From positions 2,293-66,292 of the forward strand of contig JANPJV010000314.1 in NCBI GenBank assembly GCA_031425695.1: DNA of 64,000 nucleotides. Reading direction: 5' to 3'. The position numbers and the translations under genes were made by a program. Within the stretch, counting starts at the first letter, position 1. Each line of letters starts with the position of its first letter. The notes beneath the pieces are model-generated. The model was not told the DNA's origin, made no database searches, and saw only the letters and a program-made list of their open reading frames with translations. This document shows positions 50,434 to 60,226 of this stretch, piece by piece. The DNA is from Rhodanobacteraceae bacterium. GTDB taxonomy: Bacteria > Pseudomonadota > Gammaproteobacteria > Xanthomonadales > SZUA-5.

Positions 50434-53400
50434 ATGACCCCCCAAGCCCCGCTGTTGCAGGACGCTGCGTCCGACGCCGATGAGTCGCTGTTGCGCCTCG
50501 CCACGAATTACGCGCGTGACGAGGCGGAGGTGGTGAGCGAGCTGTTGCGGGTGGCGGAGATGGATGCCGAGCTCAAGGGACGCATCCATGGGACCGCCGC
50601 GGACCTGGTCAAGCGCGTCCGCGGGCGCAAGGCTGACCAGAGCGCGGTCGAGTCGTTCATGCGTGAGTACGACCTCTCCAGCGAGGAGGGGGTCATGTTG
50701 ATGTGCGTGGCCGAGGCGCTGTTGCGCATTCCCGACAGCGAGACCGCCGACAAGCTGATCTCCGACAAACTCGGCGACGCCAACTGGCAATCGCATGCAG
50801 GCCGCAGCGACAGCCTGCTGGTCAACGCGGGCACCTGGGGCCTGATGCTCACCGGCAAGCTGGTGCGTATTGCGGAAGACACCAAGCGCAACTTCTTCGG
50901 TGCCTTCAAGCGCCTGATCGCGCGCTCGGGCGAACCGGTGGTGCGCCTCGCGGTGCGCCAGGCGATGCGCATCATGGGCCACCAGTTCGTGATGGGTCGC
51001 ACCATCGAGGAGGCGATCGGGCGTTCGAAAGACAAGGACCAGCGTGGTTACCGGCATTCGTACGACATGCTCGGCGAGTCGGCGCTGACCTCGGCCGACG
51101 CGCTGCGCTATCTCGAAAGCTATCGCCAGGCGATCATCGGCATCGGCCGCGCCGGTCCATATCCGGACCTGGTTGCGGCCCCGAGCATTTCGGTCAAGCT
51201 CTCGGCGCTGCATCCGCGCTACGAGCGCGCCAAGCGCTCGCGGGTGCTGGTCGAGCTCACCCCGCGCGTGCTTGCGCTGGCAGAACTTGCCAAAGCGCAG
51301 GGCATTCCGATGACCATCGATGCCGAGGAGGCCGACCGCCTGGAGCTGTCGCTGGAGATCATCGCGCGCGTGCACTCGAGCCCGACCCTGGCCGACTGGC
51401 AGGGCTTTGGCCTGGCTGTCCAGGCTTACCAGAAGCGCGCCCTCGGGGTGATCGACTGGCTCGGCGAGCTCGCCCGCAAGACCGGCCGGCGCCTCAACGT
51501 GCGGCTGGTCAAGGGCGCTTACTGGGACAGCGAGATCAAGCGGGCGCAGGTCGATGGGCACGACGGCTATCCGGTGTTCACGCGCAAGCCCAACACCGAT
51601 CTCTCCTATCTCGCCTGCGCGCGCCGTCTGCTGGCGCAGGGCGATGCGATCTATCCGCAATTTGCGACCCACAATGCGCAGACCATCGCCGCGATTTTTC
51701 ATCTGGCGCAGGGACGGCCCTTCGAATTCCAACGCCTGCACGGCATGGGCACTGATCTCTACGCCGAAGTAATCCCGGCCGAGCGCCTGAATGTGCCGTG
51801 TCGCGTGTATGCGCCGGTTGGCACCCACGAAGACCTGCTCCCCTACCTGGTGCGCCGCCTGCTGGAGAACGGCGCCAACACCTCGTTCGTCAATCGCATC
51901 GTCGATGAGAGCCTGCCGATCGATGAGTTGATCCCGCACCCGGGCGACGTCGTCGCGGCCACCGAGCCGAAGGCCCATCCACGGATCCCGTTGCCGCTCA
52001 ATCTGTACGGCGTCGACCGTCGCAACTCGCGCGGCATCAATGTCGGCAATGACCGCGAGCTCACTGAGCTTCTCAAGCTGACCGCAGCGGTGCGCTTCGG
52101 CGAGATCCACGCCATCCCGATGGTGCCGGGCGCGACCAGCGCCAAGGCCGCCGAACCGGTCACCGATCCGGCCGATCGCCGGCGTGTGCTCGGTAGCCAC
52201 CAGCCCGCCGATGCGGCCATGGTCGACAAGGCGCTCGCCAACGCGCAGGCGGCCTTCCCGGGCTGGGAAGCAACGCCGGTCGAGTTGCGTGCGCAGATGC
52301 TCGAGCGTGCCGCCGACCTGATGGAGGTCCATCGCGCCGAGCTGATTGCGCTGTGCACGCGCGAGGCCGGCAAGACCATTTCCGACGGTGTCGCCGAGGT
52401 TCGTGAGGCAGTCGATTTCTGTCGCTATTACGCGCAGTGCGCGCGCCGTGACTTCGTGCCGAAGATTTTGCCGGGGCCGACCGGTGAATCCAACCAGCTC
52501 GAGTTGCACGGGCGCGGGATCTTCGTCTGCATCAGCCCTTGGAATTTCCCGCTCGCGATCTATGTCGGGCAGGTCGTGGCGGCGCTGGTGGCGGGCAATT
52601 GCGTGATCGCCAAGCCGGCCGAACAGACCAACCTGATCGCCTGGCGCGCGACGCAGATGCTGCATCAAGCGGGGATTCCGCCCGCGGTGCTGCAATTCCT
52701 GCCGGGCGCGGGCTCCGTGGTGGGTGCGCGGTTGACGGCGGATGCGCGCATCGCCGGCGTCTGCTTCACCGGCTCGACCGAAACGGCACGGCTGATCAAT
52801 CGCACGCTGGCCGCGCGCGACGCCGCGATTGCCATCCTGATTGCCGAGACCGGCGGCCAGAACGCGCTGATCGCCGATTCCTCGGCGCTCCCCGAACAGC
52901 TGGTCAAGGATGCAATCTCCGGCGCCTTTGGATCGGCTGGCCAGCGCTGTTCGGCCACGCGCATCCTGTTCGTCCAGGAGGATGTAGCGGAGCGGACCTT
53001 GACCCTGCTCGCCGGCGCGATGGACGAGCTCAAGCTCGGCGATCCCGGGCTACTCGCCACCGATATCGGCCCGGTCATCGACGCCGAAGCGCGCCAGACG
53101 CTCATCGATCACGCCGAGCGCATGCGCCGCGAAGGGCGCCTGATCAAGGCGATGGCAACAGACGACAGCCATGTGCATGGTTGTTTCTTTGCACCGCAGG
53201 CGTTCGAGATCGATTCGCTGGATCGCTTGCAACGAGAGGTCTTCGGCCCGGTCCTGCACGTCATCCGCTACAAGGCCAGCGAGCTCGATCAAGTCATCGA
53301 CGCGATCAATGCGAGCGGCTACGGCCTCACCCTCGGCGTGCACAGCCGCATCGATTCGACCATCGAACGCATCAGCTCACGCATTCGCGCCGGCAACTGC

Positions 53401-53586
53401 TACGTCAACCGCAACATGATCGGCGCCGTGGTCGGCGTGCAACCCTTCGGCGGCGAAGGCCTCTCCGGCACCGGGCCCAAAGCCGGCGGCCCGCACTACC
53501 TGCACCGCTTCGCCACCGAGCGCACGCTCACCATCAACACGGCGGCGGTGGGGGGAAATGCGACGTTGATTGCGCAGGGGGGGTGA
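50434..53586 (+). CDS. putA: bifunctional proline dehydrogenase / 1-pyrroline-5-carboxylate dehydrogenase
   Basis: 1050 aa: PRODH barrel region (YRHSYDMLGE, KLSALHPRY, RLVKGAYWD) followed by an aldehyde dehydrogenase domain (FTGSTETA, AETGGQNA, GQRCSA). Confidence 0.95.
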   Translation: MTPQAPLLQDAASDADESLLRLATNYARDEAEVVSELLRVAEMDAELKGRIHGTAADLVKRVRGRKADQSAVESFMREYDLSSEEGVMLMCVAEALLRIPDSETADKLISDKLGDANWQSHAGRSDSLLVNAGTWGLMLTGKLVRIAEDTKRNFFGAFKRLIARSGEPVVRLAVRQAMRIMGHQFVMGRTIEEAIGRSKDKDQRGYRHSYDMLGESALTSADALRYLESYRQAIIGIGRAGPYPDLVAAPSISVKLSALHPRYERAKRSRVLVELTPRVLALAELAKAQGIPMTIDAEEADRLELSLEIIARVHSSPTLADWQGFGLAVQAYQKRALGVIDWLGELARKTGRRLNVRLVKGAYWDSEIKRAQVDGHDGYPVFTRKPNTDLSYLACARRLLAQGDAIYPQFATHNAQTIAAIFHLAQGRPFEFQRLHGMGTDLYAEVIPAERLNVPCRVYAPVGTHEDLLPYLVRRLLENGANTSFVNRIVDESLPIDELIPHPGDVVAATEPKAHPRIPLPLNLYGVDRRNSRGINVGNDRELTELLKLTAAVRFGEIHAIPMVPGATSAKAAEPVTDPADRRRVLGSHQPADAAMVDKALANAQAAFPGWEATPVELRAQMLERAADLMEVHRAELIALCTREAGKTISDGVAEVREAVDFCRYYAQCARRDFVPKILPGPTGESNQLELHGRGIFVCISPWNFPLAIYVGQVVAALVAGNCVIAKPAEQTNLIAWRATQMLHQAGIPPAVLQFLPGAGSVVGARLTADARIAGVCFTGSTETARLINRTLAARDAAIAILIAETGGQNALIADSSALPEQLVKDAISGAFGSAGQRCSATRILFVQEDVAERTLTLLAGAMDELKLGDPGLLATDIGPVIDAEARQTLIDHAERMRREGRLIKAMATDDSHVHGCFFAPQAFEIDSLDRLQREVFGPVLHVIRYKASELDQVIDAINASGYGLTLGVHSRIDSTIERISSRIRAGNCYVNRNMIGAVVGVQPFGGEGLSGTGPKAGGPHYLHRFATERTLTINTAAVGGNATLIAQGG

Positions 53587-53760
53587 AAGCCGGTGTCGGT
53601 TTCGGACGTCGGTTTCGGAGGAGTGCTCTACCGAAACCGACAACCGAAACCGAAACCGTGGTTAAGCTCGCCCCACCGCTCGCCCTCTCGCGGAACCATC
53701 TTCCCCGCCCGCTGGTCTCCTGAACACTTGAGCCAAGCCTAAGCGGGCTAGAATGTGGTG

Positions 53761-55371
53761 ATGTATCTCGACTTTTACGGCCTCAGCGAGGCCCCGTTCT
53801 CGATCACTCCGGATCCGCGCTTCGTCTACCTGAGCGAGCGCCATCGGGATGGGTTGGCGCATCTGCTGTATGGCGTCGGCCAGGGCGGATCGGGCGGGTT
53901 CGTGCAGCTGACGGGCGAGGTCGGGACCGGCAAGACCACACTTTGCCGGCTGCTGCTCGAACAGGTGCCGGACAAGACCCGGATCGCGCTGCTGCTGAAT
54001 CCGTTGCTCAATCCGGTCGAGTTGCTGGAAACCATCTGCGAAGAGCTGTCGATTGACCTCGAAGGCGCGCGCGGCAGCTTAAAGACGCTCACCGACCGGC
54101 TTAACGCGGTGTTGCTGAAAGCGCACGCCGATGGCGAGCGCGTGGTCGTTATCATCGACGAGGCACAGAATCTGTCCGTCGACGCGCTCGAGCAGGTGCG
54201 CTTGCTGACCAACCTCGAGACCTCGACGCAGAAGCTCATGCAGATCATCCTGCTCGGCCAGCCGGAGCTGCGCGACCTGCTCGATCGCCCGGATTTGCGC
54301 CAGCTCGCGCAACGCATCACCGCGCGCTATCACCTGACACCGCTGGATTCGGAAGAGACCGAAACCTATGTGCGCCATCGGCTGCACGTCGCCGGCAGCG
54401 AGCGTATTCCATTCACCCGCCTCGCCCTGCGCAGCCTGCACCGCCGCTCCGGTGGCGTGCCGCGCCTGATCAACGTGATCGCAGATCGGGCGCTGGTCGC
54501 CGGGTATGCGCGCTCGCTCGACAGCATCAACGAACGCGTCGTGGACGAGGCCGCCGACGAGGCGCTGCACGGTGGCTCGCGCAAGCGCCGGCGCCTGGGC
54601 GCATTTGCGGCGTTGGCGGCGGCATCGCTGCTGCTTTCGGTAATCGCAATCTGGTGGCCACGAACGCCGGAGCCCACCACCCAGGCGGTTGCCGCGGTGG
54701 CGCCGCCCGTGCCAGCGGAGGCACCCGACGCCGCGTTGCAGCGCTTACTCGCCGCGAGCCAGGATGACGACCACCAGGCCTGGTCGCGGCTGGCCGAACT
54801 CTGGCAGATCCCGGTCGATGCCGACGGTCTGGCGCAACTGGCCGCGTGCGCAGGCGCAATCGGCGAGGGCGTCTACTGTCTGCGGGCCAGCGGGCCGCTC
54901 GGGCGGCTCGCCAAGCTGAATCGCCCGGTCATCCTGCGCCTGCGCAAGGCAAGTGGCTTCACTTCGGCGCTACTGCTGGGCCTGGACGATGTGCATGCAC
55001 GCCTGGAGATCGCCGGCGAACCGCTGACCGTGCCACGCTCGTTGATCGAGCTGCATTGGTTCGGCGACTATCGAGCACTCTGGCGCGCGCCTGAATTCGT
55101 GCCCTCGGTGCTGCGCATCGGCGATCGCGGACCGGGTGTCGCGTGGCTGCGTGAACGTTTGGCCGGCGCCGAGGTCCAAGAGGGACTGGATGGTCCGGTG
55201 ATCACCAACGCCGAGTTCGATGCGGAGCTCGAGCGCCGGCTGCGCCGCCTGCAGATCCGCCTCGGCCTGGTGGCCGACGGGATTGCGGGTTCGGAGACGC
55301 AGATGGCGCTTGCCAGTTACGATGCCCTTGGCCCGCGTCTCGCGCGCCTCGATACGCCGCCGCGAGGTTGA
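53761..55371 (+). CDS. gspA: ExeA/GspA-type AAA+ ATPase with C-terminal peptidoglycan-binding domain
   Basis: MYLDFYGLSEAPFSITPDPRFVY..., Walker A GEVGTGKTT, Walker B VVIIDEAQ, and C-terminal LQIRLGLVADGIAGSETQMAL. The track ORF starts at GTG 53755. Confidence 0.85.
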   Translation: MYLDFYGLSEAPFSITPDPRFVYLSERHRDGLAHLLYGVGQGGSGGFVQLTGEVGTGKTTLCRLLLEQVPDKTRIALLLNPLLNPVELLETICEELSIDLEGARGSLKTLTDRLNAVLLKAHADGERVVVIIDEAQNLSVDALEQVRLLTNLETSTQKLMQIILLGQPELRDLLDRPDLRQLAQRITARYHLTPLDSEETETYVRHRLHVAGSERIPFTRLALRSLHRRSGGVPRLINVIADRALVAGYARSLDSINERVVDEAADEALHGGSRKRRRLGAFAALAAASLLLSVIAIWWPRTPEPTTQAVAAVAPPVPAEAPDAALQRLLAASQDDDHQAWSRLAELWQIPVDADGLAQLAACAGAIGEGVYCLRASGPLGRLAKLNRPVILRLRKASGFTSALLLGLDDVHARLEIAGEPLTVPRSLIELHWFGDYRALWRAPEFVPSVLRIGDRGPGVAWLRERLAGAEVQEGLDGPVITNAEFDAELERRLRRLQIRLGLVADGIAGSETQMALASYDALGPRLARLDTPPRG

Positions 55372-55375
55372 TGCA

Positions 55376-56278
55376 ATGTCTTTGATTCTGGATGCGTTGA
55401 AGAAGTCCGAAGCGGAACGCCGTCGCGGCCTGCCGCCTGGGCTCAACACGCCGTTCAGTGCGCCGCGCCGGCGCCGCCATATGCCGTGGGTAGCCGGAGC
55501 TGGTGCGGTCCTGCTTGCGGCCGGGGTTGCCAGCGGCTGGGTGTTGCTCAATCGCAGCCGTGACAACGCCGCGCCCGACCTGGCCGCGGTTCCAGCCGCA
55601 CCGGGCGATTCCGGCAGCCTCGTCAGCGCGGCTGCCCCCGGCGTTCCGGCAACGAGCGCCGCTGCCGGCGCGCCGCTGCCGGTCGCGCTCGCGTCCGCCG
55701 AGAGCCAGGCCGAACTGCAGCAGACCTATGGTGGGCTGGCTGGCAACGGCAATGGTGGCAGTGTGTCGGGTGGCGGGCTGCCTACCCCTGAGCGCGCCGG
55801 GCTGTTCACGCCGAGCGCCAATCCCGAATCCCAGGTCGCTGCTGAGACCGCGCCACCCGTACCCGCCGCGCCGGCACCCGAGCCCGTGATGCCGCCCGCC
55901 GCCCCCACCGTCGCCGCGCTCGCGCCACCGCTCGCAGCTCCGGATCCGATGCCGGCAGCGATTGCGCCGCCACCGAGCTTCGATCCCAAGAACGAGCTGC
56001 CCATGACTCCGCCGGCAGCGGTGACCCAGCCGCAGGAAGGCATGTTGGTGGTGCATCAGCTGCCTTATGCCCTGCGCAAGGAATTGCCCAAGCTCGAGCT
56101 GTCGATGCATGTCTACAGCCCGGTCGCCGAAGAGCGCTTCATCGTCCTCAACGGCAAGCGCTTCAACCTGAGTTCCCCGGCTCCCGGCCCGGAGCTCAAC
56201 CTCGTCGATATCGTTGACGACGGCGCGGTGCTCGAGTTCCGCGGCCAGCGGTTCTTGTTGCCGCGGGTGTCGTACTAG
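55376..56278 (+). CDS. gspB: general secretion pathway protein B (ExeB/GspB-like)
   Basis: 300 aa from ATG 55376. MSLILDALKKSEAERRR, one TM helix, a Pro/Ala-rich linker, and a C-terminal LPKLELSMHVYSPVAEERFIVLNGKRF domain. Confidence 0.75.
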   Translation: MSLILDALKKSEAERRRGLPPGLNTPFSAPRRRRHMPWVAGAGAVLLAAGVASGWVLLNRSRDNAAPDLAAVPAAPGDSGSLVSAAAPGVPATSAAAGAPLPVALASAESQAELQQTYGGLAGNGNGGSVSGGGLPTPERAGLFTPSANPESQVAAETAPPVPAAPAPEPVMPPAAPTVAALAPPLAAPDPMPAAIAPPPSFDPKNELPMTPPAAVTQPQEGMLVVHQLPYALRKELPKLELSMHVYSPVAEERFIVLNGKRFNLSSPAPGPELNLVDIVDDGAVLEFRGQRFLLPRVSY

Positions 56279-56616
56279 GGCCCTGAACCCTCCTGGCGCC
56301 GGTCACGCATTGCGCCCGTTACCGCAGACGTGGATGGCAGCTTTGGTAGCGTGGCTCTGAGCGCGCGTCGAGCTGGTATTTCGCGCACAAGCGATCGCGC
56401 CAGCGCCGCGTATGGCCACGGAGCGTAGATATCGACATTTGAAGGGAACGCTTCGTCGCGAAACGCGGCGCTGGCGCGATTACCGATTTCGTGATGACCA
56501 ACACCACGCGCGCTCAGGGCCACGCTACGTTCGGCTCTCGCGACCCGTGAGGCCGTTTGCCTACTACACGCACTTTGCCCGGATACTGTCGGCTTCCGTG
56601 AAGCCGGCCATACCCA

Positions 56617-57291
56617 TTGTTCGTACGCGTTGACGAAAAACCAAAGCGGCGCTGGCATTGGGCGACGCCGGCGTTGGTGCTGGCGTGCATGGGCATGGCA
56701 GTGTGGCAGGCATTGGCGGCGCCGACGGAGCGCTATGCGGTGCTGCAGAGTTGGGGGACGATTCCGGCAGAGCTGCGCCTCGATCCCTCGGCCTTGCTCG
56801 GCGGTTCCGGGTTGCGCCTCTTCAGCGCGCTGTTCGTGCACGCCGACTGGACCCACCTCTTCGGCAACCTGTTGTTTCTAGGCCTGTTCGGCGCCGGCGT
56901 CGAGCGCACGCTTGGATCCTTGCGCCTGCTGTTCCTGTTCCTGATCGCCGGCGCCGCCGCGAACCTCTTTGCCGCGCTCATGTCGCCGCTGGTCAACGTG
57001 CCGATCATCGGATCGTCGGGCGCCGTCTCCGCGCTCATTGGCGCCTACGTGTTGCTCTATCCACGCTCGCACCTGGGCGTCATCCTGCCGCTCGGGCTGT
57101 ACTTCCAGCTCGTGCGCGTCCCGGCCATCCACCTGATCGCCATCTGGCTGCTGTTCCAGTTCTTGGAAACCCTCGGCACCCGCGCCGGCGCGATCGCCTG
57201 GTGGGCCCACGTCTTCGGCTTCGCCAACGGCATCGTCCTAGCCTTGACCCTCCGCCCCTGGCTCTACCGACGGGATGCGCGGCTGTTGTGA
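56617..57291 (+). CDS. rhomboid family intramembrane serine protease
   Basis: 224 aa with FVHADWTHLFGNLLFL and the catalytic GSSGAVSALIGAY, plus His in AHVFGF. The start (TTG 56617) is uncertain. Confidence 0.8.
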   Translation: MFVRVDEKPKRRWHWATPALVLACMGMAVWQALAAPTERYAVLQSWGTIPAELRLDPSALLGGSGLRLFSALFVHADWTHLFGNLLFLGLFGAGVERTLGSLRLLFLFLIAGAAANLFAALMSPLVNVPIIGSSGAVSALIGAYVLLYPRSHLGVILPLGLYFQLVRVPAIHLIAIWLLFQFLETLGTRAGAIAWWAHVFGFANGIVLALTLRPWLYRRDARLL

Positions 57292-57315
57292 AAGCCGCAA
57301 GAAAAGCAAGAATTT

Positions 57316-57423
57316 ATCCACAGATTACGCAGATTTCCGCAGATTAAAAGCAATAGATTGGCCACCGACATGCGAGGCTCAACGAGCTTCTAATCTGCGC
57401 AAATCGGCTCTTAATCTGTGGAT
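57316..57423. repeat. MITE/REP-like palindromic element (ATCCACAGATT...AATCTGTGGAT)
   Basis: ~38-bp imperfect terminal inverted repeats (ATCCACAGATTACGCAGATTTCCGCAGATTAA / TTAATCTGCGCAAATCGGCTCTTAATCTGTGGAT) around a ~35-bp core. A second copy is at 58883-58978. Confidence 0.65.
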
Positions 57424-57448
57424 AAAAGCTTCTGCTCTTGTGCCTCTG

Positions 57449-58801
57449 CTATTTCTCCGGCTTCGCCGCCACCGGGGCCTGCCAGCGGGAGAGGGCGCGG
57501 AGGATGTTCACGGCTTCCTGGAGGACGAAGTCGGCGTCGGGGCCGGTGGTAGGCGTCGCGGCCGCACCAGGCGTAGGGGCAGCCTCGCGGTTACGGTTGC
57601 CGAGATGGCCGGGCAGCTCGGCTTCGGTGATGTTGGCAAAGGCGCGGCTGATCGGCTTGAGCTCGGCGGCCTGCAACTCGACGTCGGGGACGATGCCTTC
57701 AGCCTGGATCGAACGGCCGCCCGGGGTGAAGTAGAGGGCGGTGGTGAGCTTGATGGCCTCGCCACTTTCCAGCGGGAGGACCGACTGCACCGAGCCTTTG
57801 CCGAAGGTGCGCTGGCCGAGGATGAGTGCGCGCTTGCGATCCTGCAGCGCGCCCGCGACGATTTCGCTGGCCGAGGCCGAGCCGCCATCGACGAGCACGA
57901 CCAGTGGCGCGCCCTTGAGCACGTCGCCGGCGGTTGCATTGAATTCAGCGCTCGCCATCGGCACGCGGCCGCGGGTGCTTACGATCACGCCGCTGTCGAG
58001 GAAGAGATCGCTGACCTCGACCGCGGCATCGAGCAGGCCGCCCGGATTGCTGCGCAGGTCGACAACCAGGCCCTCGAGCGGTTTCTTCGGCTTGATCAGG
58101 GCGGCGATGCGCTTGGCGACTTCTTCGCCGGTGTTGTCCTGGAAGGCGGCAATGCGTACATAGCCGAAGCCCGGCGCGAGCAAGCGCGCGCGTACCGCAG
58201 TGACGTCGATCACTTCGCGCGTGAGCTCGAGATCGATCGGCGGCTGGCCGGCGCGCAGCACGGTGATCTTGACCTTGGTACCGGCGGCGCCACGCATGCG
58301 GTCGATCGCAATGTCGGCGTTGTCGCTTTCGACCGCCAGCCCGTCAATTCGCGAGATCACATCCCCCGACTGGACGCCGGCACGCGCTGCGGGAGACTCG
58401 TCGAGCGGCGCGATCACCGTGAGCTGGCCGCCACGGATCTGCACCTCCAGCCCGAGGCCACCGTAGCTGCCGCTGGTGCCATCGGTCAGTGCCTGCAGGT
58501 CGTTCTTGCGCAGGTACGCGCTGTGCGGATCGAGATCGAGCAGCAGCCCACGGATCGCCGCCTTCATCAGTTGCTGCGCACTGACCGGCTCGACATACGA
58601 GCGCTGCACTTCGCGGAACACCGCGGTGAACACCCGGATGTCCTCGACGCTGACCTCGTCAGAGCCGGCGACCTTGGCGCTCTCGACGACCGTGTTGGTA
58701 GCCGGCTTGTCCGCCGCGGACTTCGGCTCGGCCGCGTGGACATGCGACATCAGGACCACGGCAAGAGTTGCGAATAAAGGGCGCAGCACAGGCAGGGTCA
58801 T
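57449..58801 (-). CDS. ctpA: carboxy-terminal processing protease (S41 family)
   Basis: 450 aa: signal peptide, PDZ region, and the S41 catalytic region (VVLVDGGSASASEIVAGALQD, GQRTFGKGSVQ). Confidence 0.9.
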   Translation of the reverse strand: MTLPVLRPLFATLAVVLMSHVHAAEPKSAADKPATNTVVESAKVAGSDEVSVEDIRVFTAVFREVQRSYVEPVSAQQLMKAAIRGLLLDLDPHSAYLRKNDLQALTDGTSGSYGGLGLEVQIRGGQLTVIAPLDESPAARAGVQSGDVISRIDGLAVESDNADIAIDRMRGAAGTKVKITVLRAGQPPIDLELTREVIDVTAVRARLLAPGFGYVRIAAFQDNTGEEVAKRIAALIKPKKPLEGLVVDLRSNPGGLLDAAVEVSDLFLDSGVIVSTRGRVPMASAEFNATAGDVLKGAPLVVLVDGGSASASEIVAGALQDRKRALILGQRTFGKGSVQSVLPLESGEAIKLTTALYFTPGGRSIQAEGIVPDVELQAAELKPISRAFANITEAELPGHLGNRNREAAPTPGAAATPTTGPDADFVLQEAVNILRALSRWQAPVAAKPEK

Positions 58802-58882
58802 GGTCGATGGGCGTCAGGAGGCTGGTGGCAGTATAGGTTCGACTGTGCCCGTCGAAGAGCATCAACAAAGCAAAGCACTTCT

Positions 58883-58978
58883 ATCCACAGATTTCGCAGA
58901 TTTACGCAGATTAAAAACCAGCAGCGACGTCGGCTTGCATTGCTCTTAATCTGCGTAATCGGCTCTTAATCTGCGGAT
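58883..58978. repeat. MITE/REP-like palindromic element, second copy
   Basis: ATCCACAGATTTCGCAGATTTACGCAGATTAA ... TTAATCTGCGTAATCGGCTCTTAATCTGCGGAT. Confidence 0.65.
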
Positions 58979-59014
58979 AAGGCTCTCCGCTTCTTGCTCT
59001 TGTGCTCTCGCTGC

Positions 59015-60226
59015 CTACTTCCCCCACCACCGCCCCGGATCGAGCGCCTGGCCGCGGTGGCGGAGCTCGAAGTACAGGCCTGGCTCGGAGGCGCCGCCGG
59101 AATCGCCAACGGTGGCCAGCGGGGCGCCGGCTTCGACCCAGTCGCCTTCGGCTTTTTCGAGTGTCTCGCAGCGGCCGTAGAGGCTCATGTAGCCATCGCC
59201 GTGGTCGAGGATCAGCAGCAAGCCATAGCCACGCAGCCAGTCGGCAAAGGCGACGCGGCCACGCGCGACGGCTTTGACCGGAGTGCCGCGCTCGGCCAGG
59301 ATGTGGGTTCCGGCGCTGGCGCGACCGCCCGGCCCGGCCTGTCCGAAACCGATGCTGGTGCGGCCGGCGAGTGGACGACCCAAGTTGCCCTTGGATTCGG
59401 CAAACGGACGATCCTGCGGCAGCAGTGAGGGTACGTCACCGATCACATCGCGCAATTGTGCGAGCAGGCTTTCGATCTCCTGCGACTCACGGCCGAGATC
59501 TTCGACACGCGCTTCGACCTTCGCCAGCTCGCTCTTCAGGCCCTTGACGATGTCACCGCGGCGCGCGCGATCGGCGGCGAGCTCGGCCAGGTTCTGTTCT
59601 TCGAGCACGCGCACGGCGGCGAGCGCCTGGGCCGCGATCTCAGTGTCGGCAAGCACCTTTTCGAGGCCCGCGAGCAATTCCCGGACGCGGCCGATGCGGC
59701 TCATGCGCACTCGCTGCAACTGGGTCGAATACGCCATCAACCGGCCGGTGTCCGACATCTGGTCCTGGGCGAGGATGAGCTTCAGGGTATCCAGCCGCCC
59801 GAGCACGTAAGCCGAGCGCAGCAGGGCCGCGAGCGCGGATTTTTCACCAGAGAGATCGGTTTCGAGGCGCGCCGATTCGGCCTGCAGCTCGATCAGTCGT
59901 GCCTCTTCCAGCACGGCCTCGGCAGCCAATCGCTTGAGCGTTTCCTTGCGACCGGCGATCTCCTTGTCGACCTTGCGCAACTCGGCGATCGCGACATCGA
60001 CGGCGCCCTTGCGCTGCGTGCGTTCCAGCTCGGCCTTGGCAACCTGCGCACCGATGGCCTCCAGGCGATCGACCAGGCCGGCTTCGTTGCTCATGTCGGC
60101 AGGCTGGGCGAAGGCGGGGATCGCCAGGCCTGAGAGGATGATTACCAGCAGCAGCAAAGCAAGAGCTCGCGGCCATGGCCGCTCCCACGATGGCTGCTCC
60201 CACGAGCGATTCACGCGCGTGCTCAT
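59015..60226 (-). CDS. envC: murein hydrolase activator EnvC-like (coiled coil + M23/LytM domain)
   Basis: 403 aa from ATG 60226 (ATGA overlap with the gpmI stop): signal anchor, a long coiled coil, and C-terminal GYGLLLILDHGDGYMSLYG...GLYFELRHRG. Confidence 0.85.
   Translation of the reverse strand: MSTRVNRSWEQPSWERPWPRALALLLLVIILSGLAIPAFAQPADMSNEAGLVDRLEAIGAQVAKAELERTQRKGAVDVAIAELRKVDKEIAGRKETLKRLAAEAVLEEARLIELQAESARLETDLSGEKSALAALLRSAYVLGRLDTLKLILAQDQMSDTGRLMAYSTQLQRVRMSRIGRVRELLAGLEKVLADTEIAAQALAAVRVLEEQNLAELAADRARRGDIVKGLKSELAKVEARVEDLGRESQEIESLLAQLRDVIGDVPSLLPQDRPFAESKGNLGRPLAGRTSIGFGQAGPGGRASAGTHILAERGTPVKAVARGRVAFADWLRGYGLLLILDHGDGYMSLYGRCETLEKAEGDWVEAGAPLATVGDSGGASEPGLYFELRHRGQALDPGRWWGK

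Noticed and set aside
56425-56450. GTAGATATCGACATTTGAAGGGAACG in the gspB-rhomboid intergenic region, which resembles the prophage left-end sites (GTATCGACATAAATGGGA and GTATCGAACAAGGGAA). Considered as a solo Mu-end remnant.
   Set aside because: Only a 9-nt exact core (TATCGACAT) is shared. There is no TG terminus, no second site and no phage gene remnants nearby, so chance similarity is the most likely explanation.
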